Origin: Paraphysomonas bandaiensis
Lineage: Eukaryota; Protista; Chrysophyceae
Direction of reading: 5' to 3'
NCBI GenBank assembly: GCA_965644295.1
Contig: CBFFRP010000136.1
Span: forward strand, 230,905-294,904
Length of the DNA stretch: 64,000 nucleotides
Positions 52,293 through 63,534 of this stretch are shown here, piece by piece. Numbering within the stretch: the first letter of the stretch is position 1; each line of letters opens with the position of its first letter. The notes beneath the pieces are model-generated. The model was not told where the DNA came from and searched no databases. It was given only the letters and a program-made list of their open reading frames with translations. The translations under genes and the position numbers were made by a program.

Positions 52293-54156
52293 GGGCCACC
52301 CCATACATGCCAAAACTCGACTTTTGCAAACTCGAGCTCCAATATTCTCTCCATGATACTACGAGAATTTCTCGAGAATTGCAAAACTCGACTTTTGAGA
52401 AACTCGACTTTTATTTTCTCACCATATGGCATACAAGAAATACTGCAAACAGTCACATATACAGTATATAGTCATAGTAAGCTACAAGAATGACCACTGA
52501 TATCGATGCACTTAAAGAGTTTGAATGGGAGAGAATGAGATCTGCGATCTATTCGGAACAAAGGGTCTGAAACTTGGCACGCATGCGATTAAAAATGCTG
52601 AAAATTTTGAAGGAAAAGAAGGAGCTACTCGAGGCATGTGAGACCACCTTAGCCAAGAAGAAGGCAGATAACCTCGCTGCTTTCGTCATGAACACTTTAA
52701 CGAACTATTTTTAAGCAATTTCGATTTAACGTATGAGAAAGCGAGAACTTCCCGGTTTAATGTAAAATTAAATATAACCAAGGACCTTCTGAAAGGTATG
52801 GTACATAACAGAGTATGGTCAAACTTTATGAGTATGTCTGAGAATGACATCAACACAATGGTGTCTATTTTAGAAGAAGAGAACCCTAAAGACTTCGATA
52901 TCCTTGTTTGGGAAATACTTAAAAGTTGCAAGTATTTATGAAGGTACGAGTTGGCTAGATGCAACTGCTATTTCGCTGCCTTTGACGTCATGTATTTTAT
53001 TGATCTGCATCATGGATAAAGTGTACCAAAATGACTTAGACTTATATTATGACCGATGACTGATAGAGATTTACTTGACAATATTGTGTCTGATGGTTTA
53101 TTAGATGCATGGATAGATATTTTAAGCAAGTATACTAATAAGTGAATAAAAGGAGATGAAATAACTTGTCCCGAAAGTTTCCAAAATGCAACAGATGAGA
53201 TAATACAGCAGTGAATGTCTGTTTTTAGTAATAGGCGTGTAAGATGTAAGAGTCAGAACCAGTTAAGCAAAACTGAATAATACAAGGAGACGAAAAATTC
53301 AAATTTGATTTCAAATTAGAAATGCTTAAATATATTATACATTGACATGTATATTATTGGACATTGACTCATAGTGCACAATTGCCTGAAAGGATTACCT
53401 AGCCCCTTGGTCAAGAAATTAATCGTCAAAGAGATCCTGTCCCTGACTGAAGCGAATAAGAAATATTGACACATTGGTCCCTCTGTGACAAACTTCCCTC
53501 GTAGAAGTATCCACAACAAGAATGTACAGAATTGATGATGTCTTCCCGCCCATAGATGCAGTGATCTCACTCCATAGAGCGTCCAGATAAACAAGTGCTT
53601 GGTCCTTCCGATGCCATATATCGGAGCATGTGAATTCCCAGTTCAATTTCTTATTCCTACTCTGCACAAAAATTAGGGGAAATCCAATCCCCACGTGGCT
53701 GTGTCCACATCGACTCCTTGTATAATAACTGATAAAGAAGCATCGAGGAGATAAAGTATAAATTAGAATGACTCGTGCGACAAAGGCACTCTCACACGCA
53801 ACAGTAAACTTGTTCCCAAACTAAAGTCGTCTGAGATCGCTTAAAACTCTTATATCTCTGGCTGAGTAAGATCAATTATTCGATATCTACGACAACATAT
53901 TCGCTTCCACAACGCCACTTTCAGCCATCTTCTGCGAATACTATGTGCCCGACACTGAATCAAATCACAATAATATGTTAGATTGTTGTATACATGCATC
54001 ATTCGGTCGAATGTAGATGAATATCGGCTTTGGCCAAAGTCGATAAAAAAGTCGGTAACCTCATTTTCTTTTAGATCGAGGTTGCCGAGTAAATCTCGAG
54101 TTTGGCAAAAGTCGAGTTTTGCATTTCTCGAGTTTTGGCCTTGTATGGGGTGACCC
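52293..54156. mobile_element. PIF/Harbinger-like degenerate element
   Basis: TIRs GGGCCACCCCATACATGCCAAAACTCGA / TCGAGTTTTGGCCTTGTATGGGGTGACCC; 3-bp TSD ATA; AAACTCGA subterminal repeats; two convergent decayed reading frames inside. Confidence 0.7.
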
Positions 54157-55439
54157 ATAGGCAGATAGATATGCACAACCATCGTGTACACAGACGATAT
54201 CTAGCCGATATCCGGACTACTTGCTTAGGTCCCTCTAAACAAGACCAAAATTCGACGAAAGGATGTGCTTTTAAAAGCTCGACGTTTATCTGACAGTTCA
54301 TCCACATCTAATCTGATCGAGACCTGTGCATTCCAGTCCATGGTATTCCAGTGTAGTCGTGATATGTTTTAAATTATAGACTGCGTTTGAGCGATATGCA
54401 CGAGAAAAGTGTATGCTATCTCAGTTGAATTTCATGATATTAAGTGACGATTTGTGTTATGACGATATCTAGAGATTAAAACTTGAAACTCACACCATTA
54501 GATGACTTGTCAGCTCAGCACATATAAAGCACCGTATATGTAATCCAAAAATACTTCGCAAAGAAGAAATTTGAAAAGAGATGAAGCATGAGAAATTTGA
54601 TGCACGTGATATCGATGGATAGGTGCTGCTGAATGCCTAAACGTTATCCTAATAGTATAGAACACAACTGCCAAGCAAAGTGAGCTTTCTACTCGCCGTT
54701 AATCTTGGATATTGCTTGATATATTATATCTGATGACCGCTAGTAACAAGAGTAGGATTGGTTGAGAAGCAAGCACGCAATGCTGAGGTGTGGACTGACT
54801 TTGCACTACTCCTTCGACAAACACAGTGGGAAGTATGACATAGCGTTTCTAAGAAAATAGAAATTATTTCCCGCGATATATATAGTATTGGTAAAATTCT
54901 TTTTAAGCCCAAGTTTGTAGTATTGGCTGTTACTACATCGAGCTTATAAGTGTTAGAATTTCATATTACTGACAACACCATACAATCGTTGAGAACTGTA
55001 TACACAATCGCACATGGTTTGTGTTTTTATAGATTATAGATTGCTACAACAAGTCTACGATTGCATCTATGGGATTAATTTTCTGTCGTTACTCAAATAC
55101 CTGTGACTAAAAAAATTCTTCTGATATATGTTGTTGAGTCGATATTTGCAAGCATTTTTTTCTTCAAGGAATGCCACGCGATCACAATACAAACTACAAA
55201 ACAGGAATGACATCCTACCTATTCAAAGATTCATCACAATAGCTACGTATGGACACCGAAAACGGTCTCACTAAGAATATATCATATTTCTACAACAAAT
55301 TGTTATTATCATGCTTCTGTTTATTCAACTGCTAACTGCTGGCGTGTATTCTTCATTGATCTTACACCAGTGACAATCTATGTGGCAAAAACACGCGTTT
55401 CAACATCACATACACAGTGATAAGTGATAATCATTAAGT

Positions 55440-56114
55440 CTAATCAATACAATTTGAATTTGTCTCAGCAACGGGTTCGGCATCTGCTTTCTCGACCTTC
55501 ACAGTATCATCGTCGTCGGAAGGCAGCTCCTCCACCCGTGGGAAATTGTCATCGTCGTCGTCGTTCGCATTACTTTCCGCGCCCGGTGACCCACTCTCGG
55601 GGGCGCTATCAAGCTCATTGTAAGCATTCTCCGTTTTATTTCCAAGAACATACTTCTGGACCAAAACATTCTCCCATAACCCAATCGGTACCATGACAGC
55701 CTGCATCATACAGGAGAGATGTATATCGAATTTGAATGACATAAAAAGTGCTATTCCACATGACATCGCGAGTCCCTGAAGAGCTTCCATAACAAGTTTC
55801 TTTTCGTGTTCTGGATAAGTTGTCTCAGAATATTCTTCTGGTTTGGGGGCTTCTGGAGGCGGGGTAAGGAAAGGGATAGACGGCTGAGGCTTCGGGGGAA
55901 CCCAAATCTTCTTCGTATTCTTATTCGATGACACCATTTGCCAAATAAAAAAATAAGTAGCGAGGCCAACTACTGCAGCTGTTACAATACCAATTCTGGC
56001 GTACTGAATCACTTCAGGTGATTTCATGTCGATCTGTTTTTGGAGAAAAAACATGACAGGAAGAACCAGCATTTTCATATCCATCTTAGGTGCGGGCTGC
56101 GCAGGGTCGGCCAT
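55440..56114 (-). CDS. PHO88: Pho88/SND3-family ER membrane protein
   Basis: M.MLVLPVMF...ID, ETTYPEHE..L, MSCGIALFMSFKF..H...MMQAVM.P..L.EN.LV.KY.LG. Confidence 0.8.
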   Translation of the reverse strand: MADPAQPAPKMDMKMLVLPVMFFLQKQIDMKSPEVIQYARIGIVTAAVVGLATYFFIWQMVSSNKNTKKIWVPPKPQPSIPFLTPPPEAPKPEEYSETTYPEHEKKLVMEALQGLAMSCGIALFMSFKFDIHLSCMMQAVMVPIGLWENVLVQKYVLGNKTENAYNELDSAPESGSPGAESNANDDDDDNFPRVEELPSDDDDTVKVEKADAEPVAETNSNCID

Positions 56115-56564
56115 AGTACTAATGAAACTTGACTGTGAACTGGAAACCAGTATGTAGGGTTGCTCAACTGGTGGGTAAGGAGGATAGTGCTCAGTGCAGC
56201 ACCAGGTACATAGCAGTATGTAGTATCTGTAGGAGTAGGTGTACAGGCAGATGTACTGTAGACTGTAGTGTATATAGGTACTTGTGAGGGTATTTTTACG
56301 TAGACTACACGACTGTATCGCTCGAAATATTCACAATGTGTCCGCATATCCCGTATGTGGGATGTCCAGAGGACCAATCATTTGAGTGGTGAGGTGTGCT
56401 TTGAGTGGAAGAGAGGGCTGTACTGTAGCTGGTGTATACAGACCTATATATGGAAATGGCTGAGCGTTTTATGGACACGTGTTTACAGATGAATTCTATA
56501 TATTCGAACTCACAATATAGTACGAACACTAGTCCTGAGGATATAATCAAACACATCACAAATA

Positions 56565-56936
56565 ATGGCAAAGAGTATTCGATCAAAGAAGATGCGGAAG
56601 AATCGCTCTGCTCTTCGCAAGACTGTTAGCGAGCCGATAGCTGAGAAGAGGCGTCAGATATTGGCGAAGAAACTTGAAGCATCAATAATGGAGAAGAAGG
56701 GACAGACAATCTTAGGTCTGAAATCAGTCTTTGGCACGAACTCTGGAAATCAGCATATTCCTTGCGATAAAACACCATCGGCCGAGTGCAATGATGAGCA
56801 GGAGGTTGACAGCGAAGTCGAGGAAATGGACCAGGATATAGCAAGCACGAAGGGTAAGGATAGGGTGAAGCTTCTAAAAAAGAAAGGCTCGAAATCAAAC
56901 CGTGAAACTGACAAGAAACTTGTTTGGTTTTCATGA
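56565..56936 (+). CDS. LLPH: LLPH/LAPS18-like basic nucleolar protein
   Basis: N-terminus MAKSIRSKKMRKNRSALRK. Confidence 0.7.
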   Translation: MAKSIRSKKMRKNRSALRKTVSEPIAEKRRQILAKKLEASIMEKKGQTILGLKSVFGTNSGNQHIPCDKTPSAECNDEQEVDSEVEEMDQDIASTKGKDRVKLLKKKGSKSNRETDKKLVWFS

Positions 56937-57232
56937 AATGGCCTAACTTGGTGTGTCATAGCAGAGTAGATACCTCCTGTTTAATATTTGGTACATGAAT
57001 CATTGAAAATATTTTTAATAATTGTATAAGAATATGTAGGTACGTTATTCGTACATTTTTCATGATATTGGTTCAATGCATAGTACTACTTAATCAGTTT
57101 GGTTCAAACTGTTGATTTAGAAATTCTGTAAAAATTATATTATCCCTGCGAGGGGCATAAATGGTTTCCTCAAGGGGAAGGTGACGACAATGAGAAAATT
57201 GTCGTGACTTACAACTTGCATCTGATAAATAC

Positions 57233-58747
57233 CTGGGCTGCGTATCAATTAGTTGATTTTCAACTAATTGTCAATTATTGAAATTGGGACAGCAAGTAAT
57301 AATTGCGATTAATTGGTAGAAGAAATACCGTCAATCTGACAGTGGCAAGGTATAATGGAATTGCGTATTAGTTATTGGAAAATATTATTCAATCTAGTCA
57401 AATTGGTTGACAAACCTAGTCACACTATTTTTGGTGGAATAACCTAGTCAAAGTAATAAATGACTCAACCTAGTCAATTTTGGTATTCAACCTAGTCGTT
57501 CTTATATCCATTGATTACACACTGTGACTGTCTAATGTACCATCTCACACCACACAATATATTAGTGACTTACAGAGCATCAAAACAAACATTCAGAATT
57601 CAAACACATCTACTTAACACAGGTGTATGTATGACTATCGAGCCTCTCTATAGCTTATAAGAATATAGCGATGGGTCCCCTGTCCCTGTGAGTATTATGG
57701 GGAGGACGGGTCCATGAAGCTGTGGATATAACTCACTCTATGATCTGCAGGAAATCTCGATACCTTCATATGCTGTGAGCTGTGAGTGATGGTGCTCATC
57801 TTCCTTCAGTTCTCCACTGAATGACTTCGATGACTGCATTGGCTTTCAGGAGTGAATAACTCCCCTTGTTTTTAGTCCAAGGAAGTAAAAAGGAGGTTTT
57901 CAAGGAACAAAGTTGTAAAAATAGCATCATTGAAGTGGACTGTGGAGCTGCAGCGGAACATCAGTATCATGAGGAGTGTGTCGTGCAGAGCGACGGGTTA
58001 TACGATTCTTGACGACGTCTACCAGAAAGTCTGACACTTGCAGAAGAAGATCGCAATCATTCATTAGTGAATGATCATATTCAACATCAAAATTGTTTTG
58101 ATACAAGTAACGATCATGTTGCAATATCCTATTATGTTATTGTAAAATAATTTAATTGGTAACTATATATATTTGAGAGATTTGCGTATTATAAACACAA
58201 AGCAAGTGTTTTTTGATGACTTGCTCCGGTAACTGAGAACCCTAAAGAACGCTAGAAACCTTCGTAAGAAAGATCTGTTATATGCGTATATAGTAGCATC
58301 AAGCAAGATACCAGTAGGAGGGACTCCACGTTTAGAATTATTTACTGCTATTTGCTTCAATTTGGCCACTTGCTATCATACGGGTTGGTTTGCCGGTTTA
58401 GTCTAACTCCAGGTGAAATGGCGCATGTCAAACTGGTACAACTACGAAACGACTTGAAATTCTTTCAGTGTATGATGTCAATAGAATTACAAGAGGAAAG
58501 GTGAACACGATTATTCATAACGTTGCTTTTGAAAAGGCAGTCGTAAAGATTCAAGGTGGCAACAATGCGTTACTTACGCGGTAAAATATCGAATTGATAT
58601 ATTTTCGCCCCTGAGATGAAATAGAAAGCTATATGTTGCCAGCTAATGTATACCTACATACATGAGTACGTAGTTCAGTATAAATTAAATTGCAATTATA
58701 ATTACTAACTACAACAACCTGTGCCGAGTAATTGTTACGCAGGCCTA
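57233..58747 (+). mobile_element. Second, older hAT copy
   Basis: CTGGGCTGCGTATCAA ... TTGTTACGCAGGCCTA termini; perfect 8-bp TSD ATAAATAC (57225-57232 and 58748-58755); IIHNVAFEKAVVKIQGGN segment shared with 43414-43470. Confidence 0.85.
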
Positions 58748-59189
58748 ATAAATACAGGCAGTGGATGCAACTACGACTGAATAAGAAATAACAAGTCCCT
58801 ATAGAATCCATAAAATGTAATATTGATGTAATTCTAAAATATTATTATTATTTATATTATTATAAATATATTATATCTTTTTAATAAAAAGTTATTAGTA
58901 TAATATTAATATCTTATTTTAATGAGTTGAAGGTTTAGGGTAATTTTTAAGAAAAATAGATAAAATAGTTACTATAATATATTATATATTATAATATGTA
59001 TGTAACTATATTATAATAATATGAGAAAAAGGGGGTCAACCATATATAGTACATATATATATTAGCTACTACGTTAATACACTGTCGATTTATATATCAG
59101 CTGTGTATTGTCGTCAAAAACACATCTCTCAATAGACTCTTTTACCTCTGAATACTTCATTGTGTCGGTATCAGTAAACGCTTGCTTCA

Positions 59190-59345
59190 GCCAACACGAA
59201 ATACACGCTCTGCAATGAGTTCTCGACTCATATCTCATATTCTCCAAATATAGTACTGTGAAGCCATAATTTATTACTCTCTTGTTGCTCCTGCATGTCT
59301 TAAACCTCCATGAAAGATCTTAATAAACGTACAGTGAAATCTCTC
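59190..59345 (-). pseudogene. Gypsy-type integrase H2C2 zinc-binding remnant
   Basis: FHGGLRHAGATR (frameshift) ...ENMRYESRTHCRACISC. Confidence 0.5.
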
Positions 59346-59878
59346 TGGTACCCATCTCTGCCAAATAGTTCTTCCAGCAGGTATTTATTCATCGCCTGTG
59401 GATTTTATATATATATCCCTTCACCGATATAGTTGGGTTCAGTAGGTAGCTAGCAAATAACGTATGGGACTTAATCAAGTATTAGTTAGGTACCCACCAG
59501 ACCCCCACCCGGATCTACCTCTAAGTACGCGCTCAGAATGGGGAATTTCTTGCCTATATATTATATCACAAGTAGTAAATGTCTTATTATATATTATAGC
59601 TATATACAAACTGATTCGAGTGCCGGTTAGATATACTTTTGCTCACGCACGTTTAACAGTTCGTATGTTACCGATCCGTACTTATCGTAGTTGGATGCCC
59701 CCCGTGTAATGCTTACCCGGAGAATTTATTCCAGATTTATCCAGACTTTGAGGCTGGCGGTGTAAGTCGTCTGTATTGATTCCATAGAGAGATCGGCGAA
59801 AGGATTGGCAAAAGCAATCTGAGATCGGCTGTCGGCTGTTTTAATTGGTTCTTCTCTTTCCAAGAAACGTTAAAGGGT

Positions 59879-60106
59879 TTGACTCGGGGAGTCCGAGGTT
59901 GTTACTGTATTTCCCCTTGGGATAAGGGTTACTATCACGAGATAGAGGCCGCCATAGAGAAAACTGACACCAAAGCTTGCTCAGTGGAGGAGTTTAGACA
60001 CCTGATAGGTACCTACGATGCAAATGAGGTGTTCCTGGTTTACACCACTAGTAAAAAGGGCCTGATTGGGGCGTTCAGAGCGCAACTGGAGGAGAAGAGG
60101 CTATAA
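59879..60106 (+). pseudogene. Copia INT-RT linker remnant
   Basis: SVEEFRHLIGTY...VYTTSKKGLIGAFR resembles the linker at 495-800 (LYKTNRVVERKGVIVAYR). Confidence 0.45.
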
Positions 60107-60502
60107 TAGACATTTTAAACCCAACGTCTGCGACTCATAACGATGGGGCATGATATGAATTATGTTAGTGAAACTGATATATATTGACTGTATAACCTCG
60201 TGACTATCTAAGATCCAATAATATTGATTGGCAGAAATAATACAATGAAATATAAGAGATGTTGATCACTATTTAATAACTGACAATTGCGTAAATTAAA
60301 AGTTCAGTTGTTTAATTTACACCATCCAAATGTCAGTTTCGGATACACGGTAATCCTCTGTCTAGAAATCTAATAATGTTTAATTACATTTAAAGTACTT
60401 CTTTGATGTATACGCACAATCAACACAGGTTTTACTATTGCTATTCAAGAAATGTAACCCACAAGTAGAGTCGACAAAATCCATTCACAACATAGTGTAG
60501 AA

Positions 60503-61651
60503 TTAGAAATTACGCTCCATATATTCCACAGTATGTGCCCATAAGGCCATTTCACAGTCACCATGCGTATCAGATATTTGGTTGATGATACAAAATGATC
60601 TTGTCATTTCCCTAATGGTATGTACGTCATCTTCATTGCTAGGACTAAATTCGGGAAAACAAAAATACTTATTGACCTTAACGAACATAAATTCGACAGG
60701 AATGCAGACATAAGATTCTTCCGCATTTTTCAAACCTTGGCTCATGTGAAGTTGGCCATTGTAATCTGTGTACGCTTCAACGTGAGGTACAACGGGTTGA
60801 AAATATTCTCTTTCATGCTCGGGTAGCCCAAGATTACGAGTGTTAAGTAACAATCCGCATCGTTCCGCCTCTCGGAACTGCTGCATTTCGCGTGCGGACA
60901 TGAGAGAAGTATCCGAGTTCCCAGTAAACACACGGGCGTTACGCCTTACTCTAGGCGAGTGCCGTTTCTTGATGATGATCAGTCCATCTTCAAATTTGAT
61001 ATGGTCTATCCATCTACCCATATATGCATCATGTGCACTTTTGGAGTTAATGTCATAAGCATACAAGTGATTAATATCATCCACAAGTAATTTGAAGTAC
61101 TCAATTGTAGTACCGGGATGTCGCATGCCTCCACCGTATACGTCTGTCCAATACGACGTACTGATATCTTCAACAATATATAAACCACCAGGTCGGAGAC
61201 CACGAAATGCCGCTTCAAATGTGGTAATAATATTTTTCGATATATGTGAGGCGTCATCAATAATAATATCGATATTGTGCTCTTCTAAGACGACTTGCAA
61301 CGGTGAAATATCCACAGCATCAAAGCAATAGACATATATTCCATCTCCGTATCCATCCTCATTGCACACATCTGGATCAATGTCCACTCCAACTACCGTA
61401 GACTCGGCGCCAAAATACTTTTTCCATATTTGCAGCGACCCACCGAACGACACTCCCAATTCCAAAATATTCACAGGGCTGCTCGTTTTCCTGTACGCCT
61501 CGAATTCGTACTCATACACATAGATATAATTTTCCCATTTATCTGCAAATCGCCCTCTGTGGGATTTAAATATACTAACCAATGAGTCCTGCGCTACGCT
61601 GCACACAAGAACAGCGCAAAATACAATATAACAACGTAGACTAACGTTCAT
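60503..61651 (-). CDS. Intronless class I SAM methyltransferase with signal peptide (bacterial sugar O-methyltransferase-like)
   Basis: KWENY..VYE, ILELGVSFGGSLQIWKKYF, GVDIDP, IIIDDASH, LRPGGLYIVED..TSYW. Confidence 0.85.
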   Translation of the reverse strand: MNVSLRCYIVFCAVLVCSVAQDSLVSIFKSHRGRFADKWENYIYVYEYEFEAYRKTSSPVNILELGVSFGGSLQIWKKYFGAESTVVGVDIDPDVCNEDGYGDGIYVYCFDAVDISPLQVVLEEHNIDIIIDDASHISKNIITTFEAAFRGLRPGGLYIVEDISTSYWTDVYGGGMRHPGTTIEYFKLLVDDINHLYAYDINSKSAHDAYMGRWIDHIKFEDGLIIIKKRHSPRVRRNARVFTGNSDTSLMSAREMQQFREAERCGLLLNTRNLGLPEHEREYFQPVVPHVEAYTDYNGQLHMSQGLKNAEESYVCIPVEFMFVKVNKYFCFPEFSPSNEDDVHTIREMTRSFCIINQISDTHGDCEMALWAHTVEYMERNF

Positions 61652-61939
61652 CTACAGAAAGGCTCCCCCCAGTGTAAGGACATGCGACCTGGAGATGGGA
61701 CTGGAGCTGTGATTGGCATCATCAGTCACGGTGCTCTGGACACGCACGCACATGTGCTGACAGCCTTGCTTGTCATCTACACAGCTATACAGCATGGTAT
61801 ACCATGGTATACGGATAGGTATACATATATATACGTATAGCGAGTATTGGACGGATATGATATGCTTGTATTGAGAGCCTCAGCAGCCCCACTTCTTCCT
61901 GTCTGTTAGCCTCTCCAATAAAAACCACTCGGCACAAGT

Positions 61940-62593
61940 ATGCGGTATAGGCGGACCCTGTGGCCACTGATTCATAGGTTTAAGCTGCACGAGGAAGTGA
62001 GTGTGGAGGGCAGCCCCTGGGGGTGGCGCCCGCAGCAAGCAATAGAAGAGCTCGCTTCCTCCCCTTTACCGAAGAGCGAAATACCGTACTTCAACAGTTT
62101 ACTAGAGTCTGGGGCAATGGAATTCGATCGAGTGGTATTCTGCCGTGGTGCAGAGCAGGGCTATGCAGCAGTATACAAGGCATTTTGTGATGGCGAAGAC
62201 TTTACCAGTATGGATTTTGCAACACCTTCACTGTCTTTAGCTCTAAATTATTTGATTGCATTGAGTGAAAAGAAAAAGATATCGATCCCTGCGCTTAGCT
62301 TAACTAATATAGAATCTCGTGTGCTTGGATCATGGGTGGAATTAGGCATTGCGAAGTCTAATACTAACTTTTTGGGCTTATGGAGTACGGCAGAGATGAA
62401 GCGTGAGCTACTAGCTGGAGGTCTGGGGCCGGAATTTGGCTCTTGGGACGCAACTCCAGTCAGACAGCGTGTCCGTATATGCTATACACTTACAGTTGAC
62501 AACAGGGTAGACGTATGGGATTGGGAAAGGTGCTTACGAACGACTGGTAGTGATTGGACATTGTGCAATGTTAATAAAATATTAATTGAATAG
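61940..62593 (+). CDS. Hypothetical protein, possibly Tim44-like fold
   Basis: 217-aa intronless ORF with F...F..GA.Q.Y..V and a C-terminal VWDWER....DWTL pattern. Confidence 0.55.
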   Translation: MRYRRTLWPLIHRFKLHEEVSVEGSPWGWRPQQAIEELASSPLPKSEIPYFNSLLESGAMEFDRVVFCRGAEQGYAAVYKAFCDGEDFTSMDFATPSLSLALNYLIALSEKKKISIPALSLTNIESRVLGSWVELGIAKSNTNFLGLWSTAEMKRELLAGGLGPEFGSWDATPVRQRVRICYTLTVDNRVDVWDWERCLRTTGSDWTLCNVNKILIE

Positions 62594-63347
62594 GAATGTA
62601 TGAGTGAATTATGCATCTCAATTAAATATAGTTACGTCACATATTTTTGTTGTTATTTGGAGCTCTTGAATAATACGATCGCGTTGAAGTGTTCCAAGCA
62701 CCGTACACACAAAACGACGAATATTTTTTTTAATCCGCTTTCATTCAGCTTAAGCTTCATTTTGGGACCCAATGTGAACAAACCCTTTAACTATAGAATA
62801 ATTTAAAGATATACAATAATTTTCTAGAGAATAAAGTCAACAACACTATACCTTGCTTTAGTTTTAGATTAGTAGATTGTAATTTTCAACACCGCTGCGT
62901 TCTACTCACCAGGCTAAAAAAACGAAGGGACGGAGGCAAGGGCAAGCCTTTTTCTACCCCACTGCCCCTCAAGGGGCCTCTTCTCTTCGAGTGTTTCCAA
63001 TTACAACCTTCGGTTGTAATTCCTTCTCTTTGCTAATTTAACTTTATATATTTTTAATTACTTTATATATTATTAATAACTTTTAATTACTTTATATATT
63101 ATTTATATTCTTAAATAAAATTAATAACTTTATATATTATTTATAATGTTTATAATAAAAAGTAATATAGATAGTAAAGTAGATTTAATAAGTAGATTTA
63201 ATAGTAGATATAGGGGGAGGGAAAAATTAAAATGAAAAATAATTTAAATTTGTAAAGGTTATAAAACCCCGGGATTCTACCATTAAAACTACTTATTAAA
63301 TCTACTTTGTTATCTATATGACTTTTTTATAATAATGTATAATGGCA

Positions 63348-63448
63348 ATGCTTAAAGCTCTGGAATGTAGTTGTAGTGATATAATGGCGAATATGCTTAA
63401 AGCTCTGGAATGTAGTTGTAGTGATATAATGGCGAATATGCTTAAAGC
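63348..63448. repeat. 45-bp tandem repeat (about 2.2 copies)
   Basis: ATGCTTAAAGCTCTGGAATGTAGTTGTAGTGATATAATGGCGAAT starts at 63348, 63393 and, partially, 63438. Confidence 0.9.
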
Positions 63449-63534
63449 AAAAACTCATAAAACCTTGAATTCTAATTTAAATATATATAAAATGGTTTAA
63501 AAAGAAATTATTATATACATATATATATATTACA

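Noticed and set aside
63348-63448. Possible CRISPR-like array
   Set aside because: The units are head-to-tail identical with no unique spacers, so this is a plain tandem repeat.
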